DNA of 64,000 bases from contig CAZAQE010000028.1 in the NCBI GenBank assembly GCA_964487275.1, positions 262 through 64,261 of the forward strand, read 5' to 3'. The notes under the pieces are model-generated. The model saw only the letters and a program-made list of their open reading frames with translations, had not been told where the DNA came from and did not search any database. Shown here piece by piece: positions 42,910 to 55,764 of the stretch. This stretch comes from an uncultured Nocardioides sp. Lineage in GTDB: Bacteria > Actinomycetota > Actinomycetes > Propionibacteriales > Nocardioidaceae. The first letter of the stretch is position 1, and each line of letters opens with the position of its first letter. The translations under genes were made by a program, and so were the position numbers.

Positions 42910-43569
42910 TCAGGCCTTCTCGCCCGGGGTCGACGGCTCGCGCGCGGGCACCGGCAGGCCGAGCTTCAGCAACCACCCCAGCGACACGCACTTCAGCACG
43001 AGCAGGCCCACCGCGATGATCGTGCCCAGCCAGACCCAGCCGCTGACCAGCAGGATGACCGCGAAGGCACCCGAGTTGGCCGCCTTGCCGACGCGCGACC
43101 AGTTCCAGAGGTAGATCCGGCGATCGATGACGTGGAAGTAGTTGGGGCTGCGGATCGGCCAGGCGAGGAAGGCCAGCGACAGGTACATGTCGATGACCAT
43201 GAACTCGAAGAGGTAGATGCCGATCGGGATCCCGATCCACGTCATCGGGTCCTCGCTGATCCAGCCACCCGGCTGCAGCCAGATCAGGCCGACGTAGAGC
43301 GCCCCGCAGCTGAGCCGGTCGCACATCATGTCGATGACCGCACCCATCCGGGTCTCGCAGTCGCGCCAGCGCGCCCACTCGCCGTCGATGCTGTCGCCGA
43401 CCCAGTACGTGACGAGGCCGATCACGATCCAGGCGAGGCTCTCGTCGTAGGCGGCCCACACGGCGATCGCGAGCGTGATGACGGTGCGGACGAAGGTGAT
43501 GATGGTGGCCCCGGTGAAGAGCCGTTCGACGGAGGGATCGGCGTAGATCCGGTCCGGGGAGCCTGCCAT
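42910..43569 (-). CDS. CDP-alcohol phosphatidyltransferase family protein
   Basis: Trimmed to the ATG at 43569. Signature DSIDGEWARWRDCETRMGAVIDMMCD matches D(x2)DG(x2)AR...G(x3)D(x3)D. Confidence 0.85.
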   Translation of the reverse strand: MAGSPDRIYADPSVERLFTGATIITFVRTVITLAIAVWAAYDESLAWIVIGLVTYWVGDSIDGEWARWRDCETRMGAVIDMMCDRLSCGALYVGLIWLQPGGWISEDPMTWIGIPIGIYLFEFMVIDMYLSLAFLAWPIRSPNYFHVIDRRIYLWNWSRVGKAANSGAFAVILLVSGWVWLGTIIAVGLLVLKCVSLGWLLKLGLPVPAREPSTPGEKA

Positions 43570-43682
43570 GCGGCGAAACCTACCGGTCCCCCGGAAGCAC
43601 CCGGACGACACTCCCCCGGGTTGGTCACCCACATTGGCGAGGGATTCACCGGCCGTCCACCTGCCGCCCCTAGCGTCGCGAC

Positions 43683-44606
43683 GTGACCTGGCTGGCTGTC
43701 GTGTTCGCCCTGGCGGCCGCGGCGACCACTGCGGTGTCCACCTCGGCCCAGCACCTGTGGGCCCCACGCGCCCCGCTGGTCGCGGTGCTGCTGGCCATCA
43801 CCCTGGGGCCGGTCGGCTTCGCCTTCCACGTGCTCGCCCTGGACAACGGCCCGATCGGCCTGGTGCAGCCGATCGCGATCCTCGGCATCGTGCTCGCCGT
43901 GCCCCTGCGGGCGGCGTTGGTCCGCACCCCGCCGGACCGGCCCGAGCTGGTCGCGGTCGTCGTGACCGGCCTCGCGATCGCCGCACTGCTGCTGGCGACC
44001 GATGCGCAGGAGGCGCCGCACGACCCCGACCCCGGAGTCCTGCTGGCCGGCGTCGGGGCCCTCGCCGTCGTGGCGGCGCTGCTGATCGCCGTCGCCGGCG
44101 GCGTGCCCCACCCGACCGGGCGGGCGTTCCTGCTCGGCAGCGCCTCCGGTGTGCTCTTCGGCCTGATGTCGGTGCTGATCGAGGCCGACCGGCTCCGCTG
44201 GGCGCTGGTCGCGTGCGGCGTCAGCGGCATCGCCGTCAACCAGCTGGCCTACCGGGCGGCGCGGCTGTCCGCGTCGATGCCGGTGCTCAACGTGGTCAAC
44301 GTGCTGCTCACGCTGGGCTTCGCCCACCTCGTGCTGGGCGAGGTGCCCCGGCACAGCGTCCTGTCGGTCGCCGTCTCCGCGGTCGCCCTCGCCGCGATGG
44401 CGTGGGGGCTGTGGCGGCTGGCCGCCGAGCCGGGGTCAGCGCACGTGGCCGTCGCCGATGACGACGTACTTGGTGGAGGTCATCTCGGGCAGGCCCATCG
44501 GGCCGCGGGCGTGCAGCTTCTGGGTGCTGATCCCGATCTCGGCGCCGAAGCCGAACTCACCGCCGTCGGTGAACCGGGTGGAGGCGTTGACCAGGACGGC
44601 CGCTGA
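43683..44606 (+). CDS. polytopic membrane protein (DMT/EamA-like?); 3' end uncertain
   Basis: 307-aa track ORF. The hydrophobic body ends near 44430. The last ~170 nt run antisense into proA, so the true C-terminus is unclear. Confidence 0.5.
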   Translation: MTWLAVVFALAAAATTAVSTSAQHLWAPRAPLVAVLLAITLGPVGFAFHVLALDNGPIGLVQPIAILGIVLAVPLRAALVRTPPDRPELVAVVVTGLAIAALLLATDAQEAPHDPDPGVLLAGVGALAVVAALLIAVAGGVPHPTGRAFLLGSASGVLFGLMSVLIEADRLRWALVACGVSGIAVNQLAYRAARLSASMPVLNVVNVLLTLGFAHLVLGEVPRHSVLSVAVSAVALAAMAWGLWRLAAEPGSAHVAVADDDVLGGGHLGQAHRAAGVQLLGADPDLGAEAELTAVGEPGGGVDQDGR

Positions 44607-45686
44607 GTCGACCTCGGCCACGAACCGCCGGGCGGCGCCCTGGTCCTCGGTGACGATCGCGTCGGTGTGGCCGCTGGACCAGGTGCGGATGTGCTCGAGC
44701 GCAGCGTCGAGGTCGGGGACCACGCGCGCGGCGATGTCGAGGGAGAGGTACTCGGTTGCCCAGTCCTCGTCGGTGGCGGCCACCACGTCGTCGTACGAGC
44801 CGAAGGTGGCATCGCCGTGGATGGTCACCCCCGCGTCCTGCAGGGCCGCGACGACCCGCGGCAGGAACTCGTCGGCGACGTCGGCGTGCACGAGCAGCGA
44901 CTCGGCGGCGTTGCAGACGCTGGTGCGGTGGGTCTTGGCATTGAGGACCAGCGGCAGCGCCTTGTCGAGGTCCGCCGCCCGGTCGACGTAGACGTGGCAG
45001 TTGCCGACACCGGTCTCGATGACCGGCACCGTCGAGTCGTTGACGACGGACTGGATCAGGCCGGCACCGCCACGCGGGATGAGCACGTCGACCAGCCCAC
45101 GGGCCCGCATCAGCGCCTTCACGCTGTCGTGCGAGTCGCCGGGGACGAGCTGCACCACGTCGGCCTCCAGACCGGACGCGGCGACCGCGTCGCGGAGCAC
45201 GGCGACGATGGCGGCGTTGCTGGAGCGGGCCGAGGAGCTGCCGCGCAGCAGCACGGCGTTGCCGGACTTGAGGCAGATGCCGGCGGCGTCGGCGGTCACG
45301 TTGGGCCGGGCCTCGTAGATCATCCCGACGACACCGAACGGCACCCGGACCTGGCGCAGCTCCAGCCCGTTGGCCAGGACGCCGCCGCGCACGACCTCGC
45401 CGACGGGGTCGGCGAGCCCGGCGACGTCGCGCAGGCCCTGCGCCATGCCCGCGAGCCGCTCGTCGGTCAGCCGCAACCGGTCGATGATGTTGGGCGGGGT
45501 GCCATCCGCCTCGGCGCGGGCGACATCTTCGGCATTGGCAGCGAGGACCTCCTCCGAGCGGGCGAGCAGGGCGTCGGCCATCGCGTGCAGCGTGGCGTCC
45601 TTCTGCGCCCGCGTCGCCAGGGCCAGCCCGCGGCTGGCGACCCGCGCCCGCTGGGCGACCTCACGTACGGCTGCCTCGGCACTCAT
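44436..45686 (-). CDS. proA: glutamate-5-semialdehyde dehydrogenase
   Basis: 416 aa. Sequence ...[12 protein letters not shown]...[10 protein letters not shown]...[12 protein letters not shown]. Confidence 0.95.
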   Translation of the reverse strand: MSAEAAVREVAQRARVASRGLALATRAQKDATLHAMADALLARSEEVLAANAEDVARAEADGTPPNIIDRLRLTDERLAGMAQGLRDVAGLADPVGEVVRGGVLANGLELRQVRVPFGVVGMIYEARPNVTADAAGICLKSGNAVLLRGSSSARSSNAAIVAVLRDAVAASGLEADVVQLVPGDSHDSVKALMRARGLVDVLIPRGGAGLIQSVVNDSTVPVIETGVGNCHVYVDRAADLDKALPLVLNAKTHRTSVCNAAESLLVHADVADEFLPRVVAALQDAGVTIHGDATFGSYDDVVAATDEDWATEYLSLDIAARVVPDLDAALEHIRTWSSGHTDAIVTEDQGAARRFVAEVDSAAVLVNASTRFTDGGEFGFGAEIGISTQKLHARGPMGLPEMTSTKYVVIGDGHVR

Positions 45687-45728
45687 GGGTCAAGGATAGG
45701 GCCGTCCGGCACGGCCTCCGGCCGGGTA

Positions 45729-47057
45729 TCAGGCGCAGGGCCGGGACGTCGGCTCGATGCCGACCCGATGGGTCACGCGGCCGTTGTTCCACATCCGCAG
45801 GAACATGTCGTCGTAGGTCCTGGTGACCCGCGCACCGTGCAGCTCGAGGGTGACCTCGTCGCTGCTGAGCCCCGGCGGCGACCAGTTCTCCGAGCCGGTC
45901 CAGACCAGCCGGTCGCCCCGTCCCTGGTAGGTGCCGTTGACCGTCACGTACTTGAGGTGGGAGTAGCAGCTCGGGCCGTAGACGGTGTCGTCCGGGTCCG
46001 AGGTCGACGGGCGCGGGCCCCAGTCCCAGTCCGCCGACTTCACGCCGATCCGGGCCTGCAGGAGGATGCGGACGACCTCGCGGCTCATCAGCGAGCCGAT
46101 CACCCGCACCTGGCACCCGTTCCTCCGGTGCAGCGCCAGCAGTCCGGCCAGGCGCTCCCCGCGGGTGCCGTACCAGGCGCGCATGTTCACGGTGATGACC
46201 GTCCGGCGGGCCGTGTTGCCGTAGCCCACCGGCGCGGCGCAGCTGACGTCGCGGAGCCGGACGTACGGCGCGTCGGTGATCGCCCTCGTCGTGGTGACGC
46301 GGCTCGTCGAGCCCGTGACCGGGCGCTGGAAGTAGGCGTTGACCTGGTCGCTGACGTAGGTGATCCGACGGGGAGTCCAGGCCCGGTCGCGGCGCATCTG
46401 GTCGAACACGGTCCACCACGTCCGGAACAGGCCGTACTCGCCGGCGATCGCCACCGAGTCGTTCCACTGCCCGTTCATGGCGGCGGCGGCCAGGTTGGAC
46501 GAGCTGCTGATGAGCAGCCGTGGAGTCGCACCGGTGCGGGTGAAGGAGTAGACCTTCAGGTGCATGTTGCCCGCCGGGCTGCTGTTGCGGCAGGCGTCCC
46601 GGCAGACGTAGAGGAAGCTGGAGTGGCTCGGGTTCTTGCCGATGGCGCGCTGCACGCGCGCCTCGAGCGGCCCCACCAGGTTGGCGTTGACGATGACCTG
46701 GACCCGCACCCCACGTCGCTTGGCCGCGATCAGCTTGTCGGCACTGGCCTTCAGCCCGAGGTTGTAGGTCGCGATCCGGATCATCTCACCCGGAGGCGTG
46801 TGGTCGATCGCGGCGTGGATACGCCGCACGATGAGGGCACGCTGCTCGAAGTCGCCGATCGGCCAGTTGAACGTGACGCCCGTGTAGGGAACCCAGGGGG
46901 CCGCTGCCGCTGCCGCGCGGGACGCCGCCGGCGCAGGCGCTGGCGACGCCTTCGCGGGCTCCTGCCACCGGGCAACGGCCACGAGCGAGAGGACCATCGT
47001 CAGTGCCGCCGCGACGATGGGTGCGGTCAGGGTCTTCCGGGTCTGCAGAGCCACCAA
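45729..47057 (-). CDS. secreted phospholipase-D-superfamily (two HKD-like motifs) protein
   Basis: 442 aa. N-terminal signal/anchor. NMHLKVYSF...SSSSNL and SHLKYVTVNG...TGSENW. Confidence 0.7.
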   Translation of the reverse strand: MVALQTRKTLTAPIVAAALTMVLSLVAVARWQEPAKASPAPAPAASRAAAAAAPWVPYTGVTFNWPIGDFEQRALIVRRIHAAIDHTPPGEMIRIATYNLGLKASADKLIAAKRRGVRVQVIVNANLVGPLEARVQRAIGKNPSHSSFLYVCRDACRNSSPAGNMHLKVYSFTRTGATPRLLISSSSNLAAAAMNGQWNDSVAIAGEYGLFRTWWTVFDQMRRDRAWTPRRITYVSDQVNAYFQRPVTGSTSRVTTTRAITDAPYVRLRDVSCAAPVGYGNTARRTVITVNMRAWYGTRGERLAGLLALHRRNGCQVRVIGSLMSREVVRILLQARIGVKSADWDWGPRPSTSDPDDTVYGPSCYSHLKYVTVNGTYQGRGDRLVWTGSENWSPPGLSSDEVTLELHGARVTRTYDDMFLRMWNNGRVTHRVGIEPTSRPCA

Positions 47058-47129
47058 ACCAAGGTATATCGATAGACTTTATGCAATCAACTCGGCGGAG
47101 GCCGCGGGACGAGGCGGTGAAATGGCGAC

Positions 47130-47161
47130 GAGCGCCGCGCCCCTTGCGGGGCGCGGCGCTC
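47130..47161 (-). terminator. perfect 14-bp-stem hairpin downstream of etfA
   Basis: GAGCGCCGCGCCCC-TTGC-GGGGCGCGGCGCTC. Confidence 0.6.
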
Positions 47162-47188
47162 GTGCGTCGGCTGGTGCCGCCTGGCGGC

Positions 47189-48151
47189 TCAGCCCTTGCG
47201 CTTCTCGATCTCGGCGGTGACGGCCGGGAGGACCGTGTGCAGGTCGCCGACGACGCCGAAGTCCACGAGCTCGAAGATCGGGGCCTCCTCGTCCTTGTTG
47301 ACCGCGACGATGGTCTTCGAGGTCTGCATGCCGGCGCGGTGCTGGATCGCGCCCGAGATGCCGTTGGCGACGTACAGCTGCGGCGAGACGACCTTGCCGG
47401 TCTGGCCGACCTGGAAGGTGTGCGGCTTCCAGCCGGAGTCGACGGCGGCACGCGAGGCGCCGACGGCCGCGCCGAGCGCGTCCGCGAGACCCTCGACCGC
47501 GGCGAAGTCACCGCCGGTGCCACGACCACCGGAGACCACGATCGCGGCCTCGGTCAGCTCGGGACGACCGGTGGCCTGACGCGGCTGCGCGGCGACGATC
47601 TGCGCGGTCTTGGCAGCGTCCGAGATCGACGCGGCGAACTCCTCGACGGCGCCGGCGCCGGCGCCCTCCTCCGGAGCGGCCGCGTTGGGCTTGACCGTGA
47701 TGATCGGCGTGCCCTTGACGACCTTGGCGTCCACCGTGAAGTTGCCGGCGAAGACCGACTGGGTGGTGACGATGTCATCGCCGTTGACCTGGACGTCGAC
47801 GGCGTCGGTGATCAGGCCCGAGGAGAGCTTGATCGCCAGACGGCCGCCGATCTCCTTGCCCTCGGCCGAGGCCGGGATCAGGATCGCGGCCGGCGAGGTC
47901 TTCTCGGCGAGCTGCTGGAGCACCTCGGCCTTGGGGGCCACCAGGTAGCCCTTGATCTCCGTGTCGTCGACGACGTAGACCTTCTCGGCGCCGTAGGCCT
48001 TGACCGCGTCAGCGGCAGCGGCGGCCTTGTCGGCACCGCCGATGAAGACGGCCGACGGGGAGCCGATCCGCTTGGCGATCGCCAGCAGCTCGTAGGTGGG
48101 CTTGCGGACCGCGCCGTCGACGTGGTCGACCAGAACGAGAACTTCAGACAT
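47189..48151 (-). CDS. etfA: electron transfer flavoprotein subunit alpha
   Basis: 320 aa with the C-terminal FAD-binding region ...[34 protein letters not shown]. Confidence 0.95.
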   Translation of the reverse strand: MSEVLVLVDHVDGAVRKPTYELLAIAKRIGSPSAVFIGGADKAAAAADAVKAYGAEKVYVVDDTEIKGYLVAPKAEVLQQLAEKTSPAAILIPASAEGKEIGGRLAIKLSSGLITDAVDVQVNGDDIVTTQSVFAGNFTVDAKVVKGTPIITVKPNAAAPEEGAGAGAVEEFAASISDAAKTAQIVAAQPRQATGRPELTEAAIVVSGGRGTGGDFAAVEGLADALGAAVGASRAAVDSGWKPHTFQVGQTGKVVSPQLYVANGISGAIQHRAGMQTSKTIVAVNKDEEAPIFELVDFGVVGDLHTVLPAVTAEIEKRKG

Positions 48152-48175
48152 GACTATTCGATCCCTTCTGGCTTC

Positions 48176-48976
48176 TCAGATGAACTTCTTGGACGCAAGG
48201 AAGTCGACCAGCGCGGTGGCGCCGGAGCCGTCCTCGTCCTTGACGATCTCGCCGGCGGTGCGCGGCGGGCGGGCCGTGGTGGCCTCGACCTTGGTCCAGG
48301 CGGCGTCGAGGCCGACCTCGGAGGCGTCCACGCCGATGTCGGCGAGGGAGAGCGACTCCAGCGGCTTCTTCTTCGCGGCCATGATGCCCTTGAACGACGG
48401 GTAGCGGGCCTCACCCGACTGGTCGGTCACGGACAGGACCAGCGGCAGCGTTCCGCCGATGACCTCGGTGGCGGTGTCGCCGTCACGCTTGATCCGGACC
48501 TGGTCGCCCTGGGTCTCGACGACCGCGGCGAGGGTGACCTGCGGCAGGCCGAGGCGCTCGGCGAGCATCGCCGGGACGACGCTCATGCCGCCGTCGGTGG
48601 ACGCGAGGCCACCGACGATCAGCTCCGGGACACCGATCTTCTCGATCGCCTTGGCGAGCACGAGCGAGGTCGCGATGGCGTCGGAGCCGGCGATCGCGTC
48701 GTCCTGCACGTGGACGGCCTTGTCGGCGCCCATCTGCAGCGCCTTGCGGACGGCGGCCTCGGCCTCCGCCGGCCCGACGGTCAGCGCGGTGACGGTGATC
48801 TCCTCGTCGGCGCGCTTCTCCTTGATCTGGAGGGCCTGCTCGACGGCGTACTCGTCGAGCTCGGACAGCAGGCCGTCGACGCCGACGCGGTCGACGGTGT
48901 TGTCCGCCTCGAACTTGCGGTCGCCCGTCGCGTCCGGGACGTACTTCACAAGGACGACAATGTTGGAGAGAGTCAT
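48176..48976 (-). CDS. etfB: electron transfer flavoprotein subunit beta
   Basis: Trimmed to the ATG at 48976 (MTLSNIVVLVKYVPD...). Upstream of etfA. Confidence 0.93.
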   Translation of the reverse strand: MTLSNIVVLVKYVPDATGDRKFEADNTVDRVGVDGLLSELDEYAVEQALQIKEKRADEEITVTALTVGPAEAEAAVRKALQMGADKAVHVQDDAIAGSDAIATSLVLAKAIEKIGVPELIVGGLASTDGGMSVVPAMLAERLGLPQVTLAAVVETQGDQVRIKRDGDTATEVIGGTLPLVLSVTDQSGEARYPSFKGIMAAKKKPLESLSLADIGVDASEVGLDAAWTKVEATTARPPRTAGEIVKDEDGSGATALVDFLASKKFI

Positions 48977-49152
48977 GGTTGTGGCCGGACCGGCCCCTTC
49001 CTGTGCTTCGTGGGTCCTGCCGCGTGGTCCGCGAGCAGGGCGCAACTGAGGTCCGTTTCCGGACAGCGTCTTGCAGGTTACCGCCCGGTCATCAGCCGGG
49101 GAATCCACGTCTCAGTGGACTACCTCACACGCGAGGGCCCACCCCGGGTCCG

Positions 49153-49554
49153 TCAGGGACGCAGGAGCCGCTCGAGGATCCGGCCGACGACGAGGTAGAC
49201 GACGCACGCGATGCCGTAGTTGAACAGCGCCGTCTTCACCGAGCCGTTGGGGTCGGCGAACTCCTTCACCGGGTTGCCCAGGTCGAAGAAGCCGAGGTCG
49301 AAGGTGTCGGCGAGGTCACGCACGGCCTGGACCAGCGCGTTGTCCTCGTTGGCCTCGAGCGCGTAGGAGAACGCCGCGGCGGCGAGCACCATCGCGAGCG
49401 TCACACAGATGATCCACACGACCCGGGCAGCACTGTCGCGCAGGCGCGCGACGTTGAGCGCACGGGTGTCGGTGCCGCTCGCGCCGTCGGCGCCGGCGGG
49501 TCCGGCCTTGTGCTCGCCCATCGGGTCCTCCGCCATGTCGTCATCCTCCGCCAT
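49153..49554 (-). CDS. hypothetical membrane protein (133 aa)
   Basis: Trimmed from track ORF 49153..50394 to the ATG at 49554. Acidic N-terminus and two TM helices. Confidence 0.5.
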   Translation of the reverse strand: MAEDDDMAEDPMGEHKAGPAGADGASGTDTRALNVARLRDSAARVVWIICVTLAMVLAAAAFSYALEANEDNALVQAVRDLADTFDLGFFDLGNPVKEFADPNGSVKTALFNYGIACVVYLVVGRILERLLRP

Positions 49555-49559
49555 GCCGC

Positions 49560-50345
49560 TCAACGACCTTCGAAGATGGCCTTGCCCGGCCCGTTCTCGA
49601 TGAACGACGCCATGCCGGTCCGGCTGTCCTGGGTGGCGAACACGGCCGAGAAGTGCTGCCGCTCGATCTGGAGGCCGGTCTCGATGTCGGTCTCCAGCCC
49701 GCGGTCCACGGACTCCTTGATCGCCCGCAGCGCGTACGGCGCCGCGCCGGCGAACGTCGACGCCCAGGCGACGGCCTCGGCGTACACGTCGGCGGCCGGG
49801 ACGACACGGTCGACCAGGCCGATCGCGAGCGCCTCCTCCGCCTTCACGAAGCGACCGGTGTAGAGCAGGTCCTTCGCCCTGCTCGGACCGACCAGTCGCG
49901 GCAGGCGCTGGGTGCCGCCCGCGCCCGGGATGATGCCGAGCAGGATCTCGGGCTGGCCGAGGACGGCGTTGTCGGCGGCGAAGCGCACGTCGGCGGCCAT
50001 CGCGAGCTCGCACCCGCCGCCGAGGGCATAGCCGTTGACCGCCGCGACGACGGGCTTGGGGATCCGGGCGACGGAGTTGACGGCGTTCTGGAGCTTCTCC
50101 ACCCGGTCGACCATGTCCGTGTAGGACATGTCGGCCATCTCCTTGACGTCGTTCCCGGCGGCGAAGACCCGCTCGCCGCCCCAGACGACGACGGCGCGGA
50201 CGTCGGACCGGTCGGTGGCCTCGGCCGCGGCGAGCGTGAGCTCGTCCTGGACCTGGATGCTGATGGCGTTCATCGCCTTGGCGCGGTCCAGACGGATGGT
50301 CCCGACTCCGTCGGCGACCTCCAGGCGCACGAACTCGCTGGTCAT
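49560..50345 (-). CDS. enoyl-CoA hydratase/isomerase family protein
   Basis: Trimmed from track ORF 49560..51260 to the ATG at 50345. Crotonase motifs AVNGYALGGGCELAMAAD and GIIPGAGGTQRL. Confidence 0.92.
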   Translation of the reverse strand: MTSEFVRLEVADGVGTIRLDRAKAMNAISIQVQDELTLAAAEATDRSDVRAVVVWGGERVFAAGNDVKEMADMSYTDMVDRVEKLQNAVNSVARIPKPVVAAVNGYALGGGCELAMAADVRFAADNAVLGQPEILLGIIPGAGGTQRLPRLVGPSRAKDLLYTGRFVKAEEALAIGLVDRVVPAADVYAEAVAWASTFAGAAPYALRAIKESVDRGLETDIETGLQIERQHFSAVFATQDSRTGMASFIENGPGKAIFEGR

Positions 50346-50477
50346 CTGCTCCCTCTCGATGGCTCGGCTGGGGGTTGGGCCCCCCGTCCCGCATTCTGCC
50401 GCTACCCGGTGGGGTCGGTCACCTGTACCCGCCACTTGGGCGCGTCGTGCAGTTCGACGACCCTGCACAATGGCCCG

Positions 50478-52586
<2,109 letters not shown>

Positions 52587-52900
52587 CCACGAACCGCGAC
52601 CGGCAGGCCTTCACCGCTGAAGCGACGTGGTTCATGCACGGCCGCGGCTCCGCCGAGATCGGCGAGACTCGTCCATGGGCACGTGGTGAGGTCGACGGGA
52701 TGCCCGCGCTGAGTGCCCTGCTCTCCTCCTCGCGCGTCACGCCCATCACTGTCGACCTGGCCGCCTTCGAGCTGCTCGCTCGGGACACTCGCGGCGGCAC
52801 ATGCGGATGGCTGTGCCTGGAGCCGTCGCCGGGGAACCTCGCTGAGGACACTTGCCTGCCTCCGGGGCTTGGTGCCTTCTGGCACCCCAGCGGACGAGAC

Positions 52901-52963
52901 CGTCGTACCGGACAAATCGGTCGTGAATCGGGCGAATCCACTACCGATCTGTCCGGTACGACG
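52901..52963 (-). terminator. long imperfect hairpin immediately downstream of glgP
   Basis: CGTCGTACCGGACAAATCGGT (52901..52921) pairs with ACCGATCTGTCCGGTACGACG (52943..52963). No U-tract. Confidence 0.4.
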
Positions 52964-52971
52964 GCAGAGGG

Positions 52972-55554
52972 TCAGGCCAGCGCGACGACCCCCAGCTCGG
53001 CGGGTGCGACCAGCAGCGGGTGCTTCGGCACGACCCGGACGGTGTAGCCGAACGGGCCGGGGCGGCCGAGCTCGAGATCGCCGTCGAAGCGGTGGCGGCC
53101 GCCGTCGTACGACTCGACGAGCGTGAGCGCGGTGAGCGCGGTGTCGACGAGGTCGTCCTCGGCGTCGACACGGCCGTGGACCAGCTGCACCTCGACGTCG
53201 CCCGGGGCGAGGTCGCCGAGGGCGACGTAGGAGTGCACCGCCAGGCGCGCGCCGACCTCGGTCACGTCGCCCAGGCCCGCGGCCTCGACGTGCTCGACCC
53301 GCACGCCCGGCCACGCCGCGCGGACGCGCGACTTCCAGGCGGCGAGGTCACGCGCGCCGTTCTCCGTCGCCGCGAGCGCGCGGGCGTTGGCGGCGGCCGG
53401 GGCGTAGAGCTGGGCGATGTAGTCGCGGACCATGCGGGTCGCGAGCACCTTCGGGCCGAGGTTGGCCCAGGTGTGGCGCAGCATCTCGATCCAGCGGCCG
53501 GGGACGCCGTCGGTGTCGACGTCGTAGAAGCGGGGGGCGACCTCGTTCTCGATGAGGTCGTAGAGCGCAGCGGCCTCGAGGTCGTCGCGCTTGTCGGAGT
53601 AGTCCTCCAGGCCGTCGGCGGACGGGATCGGCCAGCCGAACTCCGGCTCGTACCACTCGTCCCACCAGCCGTCGAGGATCGACAGGTTGAGGCCGCCGTT
53701 GAGCGCGGCCTTCATCCCCGACGTGCCGCACGCCTCGTAGGGGCGCAGCGGGTTGTTGAGCCACACGTCGCAGCCCGGGTAGAGCGGCTGCGCGAGGGCG
53801 ATGTCGTAGTTGGGCAGGAAGACGATGCGGTGCCGCACGTCCTCGGCGTCAGCGAAGCGGACCAGCTCCTGGATCAGCCGCTTACCGCCGTCGTCGGCCG
53901 GGTGCGCCTTGCCGGCGACGACGAGCTGGACGGGGCGCTCGGGGTGCAGCAGCAGCGACTTGAGGCGCTCGGGGTCGCGCAGCATCAGCGTCAACCTCTT
54001 GTACGACGGCACGCGACGCGCGAAGCCGATGGTCAGCACGTCCGGGTCGAGCGCCTCGTCGATCCAGCCGAGCTCGGCGGGCGCCGCCCCGCGCTTCTCC
54101 CAGGACTTGCGCAGGCGACGCCGGGCGTCGGCCACGAGCCGCTCGCGCAGCGCGCGCTTGGTCCGCCACACGTCGGGGCCGGAGACCTTGTCGAAGGCGG
54201 CCCAGAAGGCCTCGGTGTCGTCGCCGTCGTAGTCGGCCCCCTGCGCGGTCGCGAGGGCCGCGACCTCGGGGGCGACCCAGGTCGGGGCGTGCACGCCGTT
54301 CGTGATCGACGTGATCGGCACCTCGGCCTCGTCGAACGCGGGCCACAGGCCGTTGAACATGCCGCGGCTGACGTGGCCGTGCAGCTGCGAGACCCCGTTC
54401 GCGCGCTGCGCGAGCCGGAAGCCCATCACCGCCATGTTGAAGACGCCCGGGTCCCCGCCCTCGTAGTCCTCGGCACCCAGCGCGAGCACCAGGTCGACCG
54501 GGACCCCGGGGGTCGCGCCCTGATCGCCGAGGTACTGCTCGACGAGCGTGCGCGGGAAGCGGTCGATGCCGGCCGGCACCGGCGTGTGCGTCGTGAAGAC
54601 GGTCGACGTACGACCGATCTCGAGGGCGGTCGCGAAGTCGATGTCGCTCTGCGAGGTGAGCTCGCGGATCCGCTCCACGCCGAGGAAGCCCGCATGGCCC
54701 TCGTTGGTGTGGAAGACCTCCGGCGCCGGAGCGCCGGTGATCCGGGAGTAGGCGCGCAGGGCGCGGACGCCACCCACACCGAGGAGCAGCTCCTGGCGCA
54801 GGCGGTGCTCGGTGTTGCCGCCGTACAGGCGGTCGGTGATCAGCCGGTAGGGCTCGGGGTTCTGCTCGAAGTCGGTGTCGAGGAGGAGCAGCGGCACCCG
54901 GCCGACCGAGGCCACCCAGATCCGGGCCAGCAGGTCGGGGCCGTCGGGCATCCGGATGGAGATCGTCGCCCGTTCGCCGTCCTCCTCGTGGAGCAGCGAG
55001 ATCGGGAGCCCGTCGGGGTCGAGCACCGGGTAGCTCTCGACCTGCCACGCCTCACGCGACAACGCCTGCTTGAAGTAGCCGTGCTTGTAGAGCAGACCGA
55101 CACCGACGATCGGCGCGCCGAGGTCGCTGGCCGCCTTGAGGTGGTCGCCGGCGAGGATGCCGAGGCCGCCGGAGTACTGCGGGAGGACCGCGGTGATGCC
55201 GAACTCGGGCGAGAAGTAGGCGATCGACGCCGGCCACGTCCGGTCCGGCTCCGCGGCGCTGGCCCGCTGGTACCACCGCTCCCCCGTGAGGTACGACGCC
55301 AGGTCGGCGCGCACCTCGGCCACCCGCGCGACGTAGGACTCGTCGGCGGCCAGCTCGGCCCAGCGCGCGGCCGGCACCTCCCCCAGCAGCCGCAGCGGGT
55401 CGCGCACACCGAGCCACAGCTCGGGGTCGATCTCCTCGAAGAGCGCCTGGGTCGGCGGGTGCCACGACCAGCGCAGGTTGGCCGCGAGCTCGCCGAGCGC
55501 GGCGAGGGCGTCGGGCAGGACGGGGCGGACCGTGAACCTCCGGATCGCACGCAT
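52972..55554 (-). CDS. glgP: alpha-glucan (glycogen/maltodextrin) phosphorylase
   Basis: 860 aa. The long actinobacterial GlgP type with SGGLGILAGDHLK and GTSGMKAALNGGLN. Confidence 0.93.
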   Translation of the reverse strand: MRAIRRFTVRPVLPDALAALGELAANLRWSWHPPTQALFEEIDPELWLGVRDPLRLLGEVPAARWAELAADESYVARVAEVRADLASYLTGERWYQRASAAEPDRTWPASIAYFSPEFGITAVLPQYSGGLGILAGDHLKAASDLGAPIVGVGLLYKHGYFKQALSREAWQVESYPVLDPDGLPISLLHEEDGERATISIRMPDGPDLLARIWVASVGRVPLLLLDTDFEQNPEPYRLITDRLYGGNTEHRLRQELLLGVGGVRALRAYSRITGAPAPEVFHTNEGHAGFLGVERIRELTSQSDIDFATALEIGRTSTVFTTHTPVPAGIDRFPRTLVEQYLGDQGATPGVPVDLVLALGAEDYEGGDPGVFNMAVMGFRLAQRANGVSQLHGHVSRGMFNGLWPAFDEAEVPITSITNGVHAPTWVAPEVAALATAQGADYDGDDTEAFWAAFDKVSGPDVWRTKRALRERLVADARRRLRKSWEKRGAAPAELGWIDEALDPDVLTIGFARRVPSYKRLTLMLRDPERLKSLLLHPERPVQLVVAGKAHPADDGGKRLIQELVRFADAEDVRHRIVFLPNYDIALAQPLYPGCDVWLNNPLRPYEACGTSGMKAALNGGLNLSILDGWWDEWYEPEFGWPIPSADGLEDYSDKRDDLEAAALYDLIENEVAPRFYDVDTDGVPGRWIEMLRHTWANLGPKVLATRMVRDYIAQLYAPAAANARALAATENGARDLAAWKSRVRAAWPGVRVEHVEAAGLGDVTEVGARLAVHSYVALGDLAPGDVEVQLVHGRVDAEDDLVDTALTALTLVESYDGGRHRFDGDLELGRPGPFGYTVRVVPKHPLLVAPAELGVVALA

Positions 55555-55764
55555 GGCTCCGACGTTAACGCCTGCGACTTGAACGATCCAATGACGTGAC
55601 CGCCTGCCGGGCGCCCCACGCCGCTCCGAGGTGTCACCAGAACTGTGCGCGACAGGCCGTAACCCCTCGACGTCACGGCGGTTGAGGGTGCAACAGACGG
55701 GCGAGGCGGAGTCATGGGGGCTGCCTCGCCCGTCGTTGTCCTCTCCGGCCCTAGGCTGGTCCCG

